Virus record (IMG/VR): IMGVR_UViG_3300045988_131275
Location: 96,001 to 160,000 of that record
DNA from: a virus
DNA: 64,000 nucleotides
Strand: one strand, 5' to 3'
The notes beneath the pieces were generated by a model. That model did not search any database. It worked only from the letters and a program-made list of their open reading frames with translations, and was not told the origin of the DNA. Positions 52,704 to 62,570 of this stretch are shown here, piece after piece. The translations under genes and the position numbers were made by a program. Positions within the stretch are counted from its first letter, which is position 1. The number at the start of each line of letters is the position of its first letter.

Positions 52704-55472
52704 TTGAGTAAACATTTGACATCACAAAGATATGTATTTAAAATTCATTCTTCAAGACTTAGAAGAAAAAAATGGAATTTAAAATTGACACCAAATCAAG
52801 CAAGAGAAAATCAAGAGCTTATTGCTTTAAGCGAAAGTCAAATAATGAGATTTATTGATGAGATAAATAATATCACAGATACAGAACTTAAAATTTCAAA
52901 TATTAAATCTGAAATCAAGAAATTAAAATTTGAGAAAAATTTATCTATATCAAGACCTAAAATCAAGAAGTTATATAATGATTTAGATAAATATCAATTC
53001 AAAAAGGATTATGTGTGTGTTGTAATTGATAAGGTTAAAGATTTTGAATACATTTATAAACATGGCTTTAAAATCAACAATGTTACATATAGATGGTTAC
53101 TTGGAACTACTGGTGGAGTAAAAAACAATACTGTAGTATTTGTAAATGAAAAATTACTACCTGAATTAAAAAAACGTATAGATAACGGTCGAAATTTACA
53201 AAAAGAATTTGCTCCTGCAAAACTTGAAGCTTATATTGCTCTGGTATGCAGCTCTTCTATTCCTGTATCAATGCCAAATGGGATCGTTGTTGTTCATGAT
53301 TGTATTACAAAATTCAAATCAGATGTAATTGAATTAGATGATACTGGACTTGATCAACCAAGTATGAAATTTATTAAAAATAAAGATGTAGAGCTAAACG
53401 ATAGTGACGGATATGGACTTGCTATGCCATCTCTTATGGAACGTTGGGGATATGAAATCGGAGAAGATTTTTTATTACCTGGTTGTGTTATTAGAAATTC
53501 ATTTTGTAAAGGTGCTGTATTTCCTATTGATTTTCAGAAGTTTGCACAAGATCATGGTTTTACAGAAATAACAGATGTGTGGGGAAATACATATGACATT
53601 AATGAAATAGAACTCATTTTAACAGAGTCGATGCTAAAATTGTGGGACTCCTATTCTTCTCTTGAATCATATCTTGAAAATTGTGAAAAGAATCATTACA
53701 CATTTGCAATTACAAAAGCTTCGGAAGAAGAATTAGAAAATGTAAGAACAATGAATTACCAGTTTTTACAAAGTTATGATTTTACAGATGAACAAATTGA
53801 TGAATTAATCGCACCAACTGTAAATGAAATTAAAGAAATTTTAGATGATGATTATAGAAAAACAATATTATACACAAAAGGTATAGGACTTAATGAGAAA
53901 AATATTCAACATTTAGATAGTTCATTTGCAACAGCATTGATGATTGAACCTGAAATGGCTAATGATCCATTTATCAAATCCCAGATTCACTCCATGATTA
54001 GAAAGCGTATTGATGAAGCTAAAGTTGGGGTTTTAAAAGTTCCTGCAAATTATTCCTTAGTATCAGGAGATCCGTATTCTCTATGTCAGTCCATGTTTGG
54101 AATGAAAGTTACTGGACTATTAAAAGCTGGACAAGTCTATTCTAAATATTGGATTGATAAAGGTGTTGATAAAATTGTAAGTTTTCGTGCGCCAATGACC
54201 TCGCATAATAATATCAGGCTTCTTGAAGTTGTACATAATGAAACAATGGATGAATTTTATCAATATATGACAACTCCTACTATTTTTAATAGTTGGGATA
54301 CATGTGCGGAAGCGATGAATGGTTTTGATAAAGACGGAGATTGTGTAATTAATACTTCATTTGATCTATTAGTAAAAAATACTAAACGATTACCTGCTAT
54401 TGTATGTGTGCAAAGAAAAGCTCCAAAATGTATTCCTACAGATGATGATATTATGAGATCAAATATTAATAGTTTTGGAAATGCCGTAGGTGGAGTAACA
54501 AATAAAATTACATCAATGTTTGAAGTTAAATCGAATTTCGCACAAGGAACAAGAGAATATAATTTGCTCGATTATAGAATCAAATGTGGTCAGTTATACC
54601 AGCAAAATGCGATTGATAAAACTAAAGGGATTGAGGCGAAACCAATGCCTGATAATTGGTATAACTGGATTTCAAATAAACTTACAAAAGCAAAAGACTC
54701 TCACCAGAAAAAAGAATTTTGGATCAACCGAAAAATTATCGCAGATAAAAAGCCTTATTTTATGCAATATATTTATCCATCAGAACGCATAGAATTAAAT
54801 AATTATCGTAAGAAAAATAATGAAAAGTGTCTTATGAGATTTAGAATTTCTCTTGATGAATTAATGTACAAAGAGAATAAATCAAGAGAAGAAAATAAAT
54901 TTATTAAGTGTTATTATGATCGAATGCCACTCGGTATGGGTAAATGTACAATTAATAAAATTTGTTGGAGAATTGAAGAAAAGTTTGATAACCTTGTTTA
55001 CTCTTCTAATGAAAATTTTGATTATTCTATTATGAAGAGTAATGTAACATATTCGGATGCGGTGTATAAGAAAATTAAAAAAATATATGAAACTTATAGA
55101 AAAGAAATATCTAGTTACATGCAATATGCTAAATCCGAAAGGCTTAAATCAGATGAACGTCAAATTCAAAAATATATACTAAAAGAACAATTTAAAGAAA
55201 AATGCCTATTAGAGTGTCCTAATGAAGATGAGTTATGTAATATTGTTTTAGATTTATGTTATTCAAAATCTAAATATAGTAAACAATTTGCATGGGATAT
55301 TTGTGGTGAAGTATTTATACAGAATTTATTAAGACGTAAGAATTATAAAATCTCATATCCAACACTTGATGATAATGGAAATATTGAGTATTTAGGCATG
55401 AAATTTTCTATGAAAGAAACTGAAATTAAAGTAAATGTAGATTTGGAGGACAATGAATGCCAGTTGTATTAA
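52704..55472 (+). CDS. YonO-like single-subunit two-barrel RNA polymerase (RdRP-like)
   Basis: KIVSFRAPMTSHNNIRLLEVV ... AMNGFDKDGDCVINT: DxDGD metal-binding loop in the context seen in YonO/QDE-1-type polymerases; TTG start with GGAGG RBS. Confidence 0.65.
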   Translation: MSKHLTSQRYVFKIHSSRLRRKKWNLKLTPNQARENQELIALSESQIMRFIDEINNITDTELKISNIKSEIKKLKFEKNLSISRPKIKKLYNDLDKYQFKKDYVCVVIDKVKDFEYIYKHGFKINNVTYRWLLGTTGGVKNNTVVFVNEKLLPELKKRIDNGRNLQKEFAPAKLEAYIALVCSSSIPVSMPNGIVVVHDCITKFKSDVIELDDTGLDQPSMKFIKNKDVELNDSDGYGLAMPSLMERWGYEIGEDFLLPGCVIRNSFCKGAVFPIDFQKFAQDHGFTEITDVWGNTYDINEIELILTESMLKLWDSYSSLESYLENCEKNHYTFAITKASEEELENVRTMNYQFLQSYDFTDEQIDELIAPTVNEIKEILDDDYRKTILYTKGIGLNEKNIQHLDSSFATALMIEPEMANDPFIKSQIHSMIRKRIDEAKVGVLKVPANYSLVSGDPYSLCQSMFGMKVTGLLKAGQVYSKYWIDKGVDKIVSFRAPMTSHNNIRLLEVVHNETMDEFYQYMTTPTIFNSWDTCAEAMNGFDKDGDCVINTSFDLLVKNTKRLPAIVCVQRKAPKCIPTDDDIMRSNINSFGNAVGGVTNKITSMFEVKSNFAQGTREYNLLDYRIKCGQLYQQNAIDKTKGIEAKPMPDNWYNWISNKLTKAKDSHQKKEFWINRKIIADKKPYFMQYIYPSERIELNNYRKKNNEKCLMRFRISLDELMYKENKSREENKFIKCYYDRMPLGMGKCTINKICWRIEEKFDNLVYSSNENFDYSIMKSNVTYSDAVYKKIKKIYETYRKEISSYMQYAKSERLKSDERQIQKYILKEQFKEKCLLECPNEDELCNIVLDLCYSKSKYSKQFAWDICGEVFIQNLLRRKNYKISYPTLDDNGNIEYLGMKFSMKETEIKVNVDLEDNECQLY

Positions 55473-56209
55473 ATGAAATAAAACAAGCAGAAACAATATT
55501 AGAGAAAGGGGAAGTTGGTAATAAACCAACTTCCACCTTATTCTTACTATCTAAATATTATCGTCAAAAATTAAAATTATCCGAGAATAAAACTTCTGAA
55601 AAACTTAATGAGTTTATGGATAACAATTATAAAAATTATAATCCTGTATTATGGGAAGATATAATTGAAGATATTTCTCGAAAAGGCAAAAAATATGAAT
55701 TAAGGAATATTGAGCATATTGGAATTACTCAATCTGAATTAGATACTATTGAATCTACAAAAACGAAGAATCATAAAAAATTACTATTTACAATGTTATG
55801 TTTTGCAAAATTATACAATATTATATCTATAAATAACAATAATTGGATCAATTCAGATATAAAAGAAATATTTAAAACTGCAAGAGTGATCGTTAAACAT
55901 AGAGATGATAAATTCTTATTGCTAAATGATTTGGAATCGAATGGTTATATTTCTTTTTCTAGTAAGAATGATAATCTTAATATGAAAATTAATTTTATTG
56001 ATAATGTTAATGATTCAATATTATATATTACTGATTTTAGAGAATTAGGGTATGAATATCTTAATTATACAAAAGATGGTAATTTTACAAGATGTAAAAT
56101 TTGTAACAGATTAATAAGAAAAACAAGTAAAAATATTCAGTATTGTGCAGAATGTAAAGAAGATAAACGGCTTGAGACAAAAAGAAAATGGTGGAGTAAT
56201 AAAGAATAA
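55457..56209 (+). CDS. hypothetical protein with C-terminal zinc ribbon
   Basis: CKICNR...CAECK; 16-nt overlap with the polymerase gene. Confidence 0.55.
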   Translation: MPVVLNEIKQAETILEKGEVGNKPTSTLFLLSKYYRQKLKLSENKTSEKLNEFMDNNYKNYNPVLWEDIIEDISRKGKKYELRNIEHIGITQSELDTIESTKTKNHKKLLFTMLCFAKLYNIISINNNNWINSDIKEIFKTARVIVKHRDDKFLLLNDLESNGYISFSSKNDNLNMKINFIDNVNDSILYITDFRELGYEYLNYTKDGNFTRCKICNRLIRKTSKNIQYCAECKEDKRLETKRKWWSNKE

Positions 56210-56391
56210 TTTGTAAAAATAATTTATGCACTAGACTTTTTTAAATGTCCGCAAACCCAGTATTTACAAGGGTTTCCGACACTATTGCCAATTTTCTTAT
56301 TATGTAATAGATATATACGTGGATACATTGAAAATACAATGAAAGACGAAATATTTTAATAAAATAATCAATCAAAAAGGAGAATCAGTAC

Positions 56392-57003
56392 ATGATTTTA
56401 AAAGAATCATATCGCTATCAGAACTTTCTTACAAATCTTATTAGCAGCGCACAGACATATCTTGGAAATGTATCATTCGTCATGACAACAACTCAAAAGC
56501 ATATGAAAAGCAAAGCTAATCCAGAAGCATCTGATGATGATTTGGAAGTTCCAAAATCTTATAATGTAGATTTTACGCCAACTCAACTGGTGGATTTTCT
56601 TATGGATGCAATTCAAGAAAAACAAAAGTTGTCTGATGCTATCACAGAAGCTAAGAAAAATACTGAAATTGATTTAGATTCTTCTTATGCCATGAATAAA
56701 ACAAAACAAAGTCTTGCTAAAGTTTTCAAGACAATGGCTGGCAGAAAAGCTACTGATACTGAAAAGCAAGGTCGAGATTATAGATTCAATGTCAATCAAG
56801 AGCAGGTTGCTTATACATACACTATCAAAGAAGTTACTCAACTGGATTATGATAGAAATGTAGTTAAAGCACTTGCAAAGAAATTAGCAAAAGAAACAGA
56901 TGAAGTTTCAACTAAACTTGATCAGCTTGAGCTTACTACTCTTGTTAATCATGAACCAAAGTATGATATGAATGATACATTAGAGGATATTGTGGTGAAG
57001 TAA
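56392..57003 (+). CDS. hypothetical protein
   Basis: AAGGAG RBS. Confidence 0.6.
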   Translation: MILKESYRYQNFLTNLISSAQTYLGNVSFVMTTTQKHMKSKANPEASDDDLEVPKSYNVDFTPTQLVDFLMDAIQEKQKLSDAITEAKKNTEIDLDSSYAMNKTKQSLAKVFKTMAGRKATDTEKQGRDYRFNVNQEQVAYTYTIKEVTQLDYDRNVVKALAKKLAKETDEVSTKLDQLELTTLVNHEPKYDMNDTLEDIVVK

Positions 57004-57545
57004 AATTCACCACTACTCTTCTATTCGGATATTCACAAGAGACTAAGATTGATTTATGATGGTCAATCGGTTCAGATGCAGATGAACTGTGATGCTGCGA
57101 GGTAGGATGATAATACCAGAATTATCATAATTAAAATCTAAAAAAAGAATATGTCATACATATTATTATAGATATTATTGGGTAAGTATAATTTATACTT
57201 AACATTGGAAAAATTCAAGATGATTCGTTAATCAACATTACGTTTCATTAATGCGAAAATGCAAGATTTTATTATTTCGGTATTTCAACAATTTGTAAAT
57301 TTGATAAAACAATATACGTTTCGCTAATATTAATTCTTAAAAGAATATATCGGGCGAAAAGCCTAAACATATAAAGGAACGAATTATTCAAATTCGATTG
57401 AAACATTTGTGTTTCAGATGAAAATTAAAAGATTTTGTGCAATTTTTGTACAGATTTTTAGCAAATTGGTTGAGATTATGAAGAAATCTTAGTCTGTTAT
57501 GAATATTTGAATAAAAATACAGTTATAATTAGTTTGGAGACTAAT

Positions 57546-57554
57546 TGGTATAAT
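57546..57554 (+). promoter_or_regulatory. extended -10 promoter TGgTATAAT upstream of tRNA
   Basis: About 75 nt before the tRNA 5' end. Confidence 0.4.
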
Positions 57555-57628
57555 AATTGGCGGTTGCACTATTATTTCCCCTTTCTTTAAAATGGTGTGA
57601 TCGCTGATTTTCTGTTTATAAAAAATAA

Positions 57629-57702
57629 TGCAGAGTGGAGCAGTCTGGAAGCTCGTCTGGCTCATACCCAGAAGGTCATAGGTTCAAATCCTATCTCTGC
57701 TA
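57629..57702 (+). tRNA. tRNA with CAU anticodon (Met or Ile2 type)
   Basis: Hand-folded: U8, D arm GAGC/GCUC, anticodon arm UCUGG-CUCAUAC-CCAGA, T arm AUAGG-UUCAAAU-CCUAU, acceptor GCAGAG/CUCUGC with U1:U72 mismatch; no encoded CCA. Confidence 0.75.
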
Positions 57703-57771
57703 TTACTCTCCTACTTGGAGAAATAAATGCAAAGGACGTGAATTGTTATAAAAGCAATTAGTAAAAAAGAA

Positions 57772-57927
57772 ATGGAATATCTTATGAAGAAAGGTTTTAA
57801 ATTTCATGAAGATATTTTTAAGACATATAGTGGTAAGAATAAATACTACTATAGAGAATGTAATGCTATTAATAAGGCATTAGATGATTACCATAATGGA
57901 TTAAATGTTGTGGAATATGTTAAGTAA
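57772..57927 (+). CDS. hypothetical protein (51 aa)
   Basis: MEYLMKKGFKFHEDIFKTYSGKNKYYYRECNAINKALDDYHNGLNVVEYVK; the frame is open further upstream without a canonical start. Confidence 0.35.
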   Translation: MEYLMKKGFKFHEDIFKTYSGKNKYYYRECNAINKALDDYHNGLNVVEYVK

Positions 57928-57962
57928 TTAAGAAACAAAAATATATTATGAAAGGTGGTAAA

Positions 57963-59194
57963 ATGCCATCAGTACTTATTTTTACGATACAAATGCTCTG
58001 CTATTATTACAGAAAGATGTATTAAAAGAAAAATTTTATATTAGTTCTACATCACTTCAAGAACTAGAACACATCAAAGTCTCACGTAACAAAGAAGAAC
58101 AAGTTAAATATGCAGCACGTAAAATTCTACATATACTTGATGAAAACGAATCTTCATACGGTGTTATCGTTACCGATTCTAAGATTATAGATATTATCAA
58201 TCAACATGGATTGGAAAATACACCAGATAATCAAATATGTGCGTGTGCTTCGACAATTGAAGATGTCATTTTTATTACAAATGACATTGCATGTAAATCA
58301 ATTGCAAGACACATCTTTGGATTAAGAACAGAAACAGTTAAAGAAGAAGAAAAAGATTTATATACTGGTTTTATTGAAACGTCATTATCTGAAACAGAAA
58401 TGGCTTATTTTTATGAACATTTACAAGAAAATATTTATGATTTATTAGACAATCAATATCTTGTATTAAAAGATAATGATAATAAAATTGTGGATATTAT
58501 GGTTTGGCGTGATGAAATGTATCAGAATGTTAAATTCCCTACAATTCGTTCAAACTATTTTGGAAATGTAAAACCTTTAAATGGTGATGTTTTTCAACAA
58601 ATGGCTTTAAATAGTTTTAGTAATAATCAAATTACTATGATTAAAGGCGCAGCTGGTACAGGAAAATCATATTTAGCTGTTGGATATTTAATGTGGTTAT
58701 TAGAGAAACGAAAAATCGAAAAAATTATTGTATTTTGTAATACTGTTGCTACTGCTAATTCTGCAAAGCTTGGGTATTACCCAGGGACAAAGGATGAGAA
58801 GTTGTTAGATTCATCAATCGGTAACATGTTATCTGCTAAACTTGGGGACAGTTTTGGACTTGAAGAAATGATGGCAAAAGGCAGAATCCAACTCTTGCCA
58901 ATGTCTGACATTAGAGGTTTTGATACTAATGGAATGTGTGCAGGTATTTATATTACAGAAGCGCAAAACATGGATATATCATTAATGAAACTTGCCTTAC
59001 AAAGAATTGGAGAAGACTCAATTTGTATCATAGATGGTGATTACAACGCACAAGTTGATTTATCTCAATATGCAGGTTCTAATAATGGTATGCGTAGAAT
59101 GTCAGAAGTTTTTAGAGGTCAAGACTTCTACGGAGAAGTAGAATTGCAAAATATTTATAGAAGCAAAATTGCGAAAATCGCTGAAAATATGTGA
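57963..59194 (+). CDS. phoH: PIN-domain PhoH-like ATPase (frame change needed near 57979-57983)
   Basis: Walker A MIKGAAGTGKS. The upstream frame reads ...YFYDTNALLLLQKDVL... (PIN-like). The ATG at 57963 with its RBS is in another frame; adding one T to the T5 run joins them. Confidence 0.7.
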
Positions 59195-59229
59195 TTAAAA
59201 ATATTACGAAAATCGAGGTATTATAGCCT

Positions 59230-59859
59230 ATGAATAAAAGAAATATGGAATTATCGGATAAAGAATATGATGAACTTGCTGAAAAATTAGATGCGGAGCA
59301 GGTCATTCTTGAAGATACGGATTTGATTAATAATCAATTTGAAAATCTTCTAAAGCATAGAATTATTCTTATTAACGACATTATTAGTAACCTTACAATT
59401 GATAAAATTGTTATGCCACTGTTACAGATGGATAATGACGGAACAGGTGAGAAAATTACTATTTATCTGAATAGTAATGGCGGATCTACATTTGACGGGT
59501 TGGTCTTATGTAATATTATTGAAAGATTAAAAACACCAACGGAAGTTATTGTGCTTGGATATGCATATTCTATGGGAAGTATTATTCTCATGTCTGGTAA
59601 AAACAATCCAAACGTAACTAGAAAATGTTATCCATTTAGTACAGCTCTTATTCATGGTGGTTCTGCTTATATTGGTGGAACTTCCAGTCAAGTAAAAGAT
59701 TATTTTAAATTCAATGAAAAATTTGAGAAACGTATTGCAGATTTTATTGTATCACATACAAATCTCTCAGAAGATGACTATGCCGCTATCGAGAGATATG
59801 AAGCATATATGGATTCTGATGAAATGTTAGAAAAAGGTTTAGTAGACGAAATTATCTAG
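59230..59859 (+). CDS. ClpP-family serine protease
   Basis: ITIYLNSNGGSTFDGLVLCNII...VLGYAYSMGSIILMSG matches the ClpP core pattern. Confidence 0.75.
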   Translation: MNKRNMELSDKEYDELAEKLDAEQVILEDTDLINNQFENLLKHRIILINDIISNLTIDKIVMPLLQMDNDGTGEKITIYLNSNGGSTFDGLVLCNIIERLKTPTEVIVLGYAYSMGSIILMSGKNNPNVTRKCYPFSTALIHGGSAYIGGTSSQVKDYFKFNEKFEKRIADFIVSHTNLSEDDYAAIERYEAYMDSDEMLEKGLVDEII

Positions 59860-59891
59860 GAAGAGTGGTTATTACTACTCTTCTATTTTTA
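59859..59891 (+). terminator. rho-independent terminator
   Basis: GGAAGAGTGG-ttatta-CTACTCTTCT then ATTTTTA. Confidence 0.6.
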
Positions 59892-59922
59892 TGAAAATAT
59901 ATAGATTCAAGGAGAAGAAAAC

Positions 59923-60123
59923 ATGATCAAGATAAACGAAACACCAGAAAAATTAAATCCACGCAAAATTAATATCCAGCTTAAAAATATTTCTTTAAAA
60001 GATCTTCACTTAATCGACACTGATACAGGTGAAGATGTGACTCAGGAAGTAATTGATACTCTTCCAGAAGGAACAGAAACAATTGATTTTAAAATCACTA
60101 AAGATATTCCAGAAGAAGAATAA
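59923..60123 (+). CDS. hypothetical protein
   Basis: AAGGAG RBS. Confidence 0.55.
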   Translation: MIKINETPEKLNPRKINIQLKNISLKDLHLIDTDTGEDVTQEVIDTLPEGTETIDFKITKDIPEEE

Positions 60124-60128
60124 GTTGG

Positions 60129-61346
60129 GTGGTGGATGATATAAAGTCATATAAAAGATTAGACGGTGAAACACCAGAAGAATTAATTTATAGAGTATGT
60201 TCCGATAAGGATTCTATCGGATCTTGGAATGATGTTGCTGTAATTTTGAATACATTATTAAATCAAGATTATGGAGAATCTACATACCGTAAAAAATTTC
60301 AAGCATTTAATAAAATGTTAACTGCAAATAGAAAGAAATTTTATGATTCAAGTAAACAGTTAGATGAATTGAATAAGAAAATTAAAGAATATCGTCAAGA
60401 ACAGATTAAACTTCAAACTCTTAATATTGAAAGAAATCGTTTAGATAGAAGTGAATCTCGACAAGAACTGTATTATCAATATGTTGGAAATGTTATTAAT
60501 ACACTACCATTACCAGAATTTAAAGATATTATAAGTTATGAAGACAATGGTTCTCGTGAATATATTCTAAATCTCAGCGACTTGCATTACGGTGCTTCAT
60601 TCGTAAGCGAAAATAATATTTATTCACCAGAAATCACAAGAGAAAGATTATTCTATCTTACATCTTATATGATTGATTTTATTAAATCACATAAGCTACA
60701 TAAATTACATGTTTTATGTACAGGTGATGTATTACAAGGACTTATTCATTTAACTGATCTAAAAATAAACGATAGTACAGTCGTAAAATCATGTGTGGAA
60801 ATTTGTAGATTGATTGCACAAATGTTAAATACATTATCTGCTTATGTACAGATTGAATATTATCATACACCATCAGCTAATCATACACAGATACGTGCAT
60901 TAGGTGCGAAAGCAAATGAGTTAATGGATGAAGATATGGAATATCTGATTGGAAATTATATTAAAGATTTATGTGCCAATAACAATCGTATTATTGTTCA
61001 TCTTGCAGAAGAAGGAAAACAATATGTAGCATTTAGTATCAATGAGTATAATATTGTTGCCATGCATGGACACCAGATTAAAAACATTGAATCAGCAATT
61101 AAAGATATTTCTATGATGCGTAGAGAATTTGTAGATATTTTAATTTTAGGACATTATCACGCAGGAAAACAAATAACTGTTGGTGAAGGATGTTGTGCAG
61201 ATTGTGAAGTACTAATTAATCCATCATTTGTAGGAAGTGATCCATATTCTGATTCACTGATGAAAGGTAGCAAGGCTGCTGTAAATATATATGGTATACA
61301 CAAAATCTACGGACATGATGAAACGCACAAAGTAATTTTAAATTAG
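60129..61346 (+). CDS. calcineurin-like metallophosphoesterase
   Basis: LSDLHYG, CTGDVLQG, SANH, MHGHQ, LGHYH motif series; GTG start. Confidence 0.7.
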   Translation: MVDDIKSYKRLDGETPEELIYRVCSDKDSIGSWNDVAVILNTLLNQDYGESTYRKKFQAFNKMLTANRKKFYDSSKQLDELNKKIKEYRQEQIKLQTLNIERNRLDRSESRQELYYQYVGNVINTLPLPEFKDIISYEDNGSREYILNLSDLHYGASFVSENNIYSPEITRERLFYLTSYMIDFIKSHKLHKLHVLCTGDVLQGLIHLTDLKINDSTVVKSCVEICRLIAQMLNTLSAYVQIEYYHTPSANHTQIRALGAKANELMDEDMEYLIGNYIKDLCANNNRIIVHLAEEGKQYVAFSINEYNIVAMHGHQIKNIESAIKDISMMRREFVDILILGHYHAGKQITVGEGCCADCEVLINPSFVGSDPYSDSLMKGSKAAVNIYGIHKIYGHDETHKVILN

Positions 61347-61403
61347 TATTGAGCTAGATTATTTTTCTAGTACAGACCAATTTGTAATTGGATTAATTGA
61401 CAT

Positions 61404-61432
61404 GGAGAGTACGCCGCTACTCTCCTATTTTA
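61404..61432 (+). terminator. rho-independent terminator
   Basis: GGAGAGTA-cgccgc-TACTCTCC then TATTTTA. Confidence 0.6.
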
Positions 61433-61463
61433 GTATAAATATATAGAAGAAAGAGGTTTAAAA

Positions 61464-61739
61464 ATGACAAAAATTGAATTTGTAGATGCAGTCGCAAAAG
61501 AAACAGAATGGACAAAGAAAGATTCTGAGGAAGCTATTAATGCTGTGGTTAAAGTAATCACCAATGCTTTAGTAGCAGGTGAGAAACTTTCTATTGTTGG
61601 ATTTGGAACATTTGAAGTTGTTGAAAGAGCAGCAAGAGAAGGGCGCAATCCTCAAACTGGCGAATCGCTTATGATCAAAGCGTGTAAAACAGCAAAGTTT
61701 AAACCAGGTAAAGCCTTCAAGGAACTTATCAATGCGTAA
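61464..61739 (+). CDS. hup: HU-family DNA-binding protein
   Basis: MTKIEFVDAVAKET...AINAVVKVITNALVAGEKLSIVGFGTFEVVERAAREGRNPQTGESLMIKA...KFKPGKAFKE: full-length HU signature. Confidence 0.9.
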   Translation: MTKIEFVDAVAKETEWTKKDSEEAINAVVKVITNALVAGEKLSIVGFGTFEVVERAAREGRNPQTGESLMIKACKTAKFKPGKAFKELINA

Positions 61740-61755
61740 TAAGAGGGCTGATTAT

Positions 61756-62352
61756 ATGAATAAAATTCCAACTATTTGTTTTGAAGATATTTATGAATTT
61801 TGTGAATCTATGGATTCTGAATTTAATAGACGATATTATGCATCTAAGTCAGATGAATCTGTAGATATTTCAATCTTTGCAAAATATGACAATGCAAGAA
61901 AAATCATTAATCTTCTTACTGACTATGATTATGAGCTTGCTAATATAAATTTTCATGATCCTGAGATTGATGGATATGAAGATGAATTTATAATTACGTT
62001 ATGCGCAAAAATCAGTAATCATGATACACCTGAAATCTGGGTTGAGCCTGCTAAACGAAAAGACGGTTATCTTCTGAATGAAGCAGATGCAACTTATATT
62101 TTTGACGAATGTAATAGAGCACTTTTACCACAAGTAGAAACTGATAAGACTTACTTTGTTGAGTTAAAAGAAGATATTGACGATGAATATGATGATTTCG
62201 CAGATGACTTAGAATTAGGTAATTGTTACGATTGCTGTTACCATCATGATTGCATAGATTGTGATATGGATGACGAAGAATATGTAAATGTGACTCTTCC
62301 TAAAGAAGATATTGAAACTTTACATATGCTTTGTCGTATTTTCAAAGTGTAA
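61756..62352 (+). CDS. highly acidic Cys-containing protein
   Basis: Start moved to MNKIPT (AGAGGG RBS); DDEYDDFADDLELGNCYDCCYHHDCIDCDMDDEE. Confidence 0.55.
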   Translation: MNKIPTICFEDIYEFCESMDSEFNRRYYASKSDESVDISIFAKYDNARKIINLLTDYDYELANINFHDPEIDGYEDEFIITLCAKISNHDTPEIWVEPAKRKDGYLLNEADATYIFDECNRALLPQVETDKTYFVELKEDIDDEYDDFADDLELGNCYDCCYHHDCIDCDMDDEEYVNVTLPKEDIETLHMLCRIFKV

Positions 62353-62507
62353 TCTATCTTTATAATAGACATAGATCTCCTTTTAGGGTGCGTGGGTGTC
62401 ATAGCTTACGTACTATTTTTCTATCCATTGGATTGTTTTGTTCAATGGAGAATTGGATTATTCTCAAAATGTGATTAGAGATTTTAAAAAAATATAGTGA
62501 AAAACAA

Positions 62508-62550
62508 AAAGAAGCAGTTTAATTATTGTAAATCTGCTTCTTTTATTATG
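62508..62550 (+). terminator. rho-independent terminator
   Basis: AAAGAAGCAG-16 nt loop-CTGCTTCTTT then TATTAT. Confidence 0.5.
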
Positions 62551-62570
62551 TAAGAAATTTATGAAAGGAA

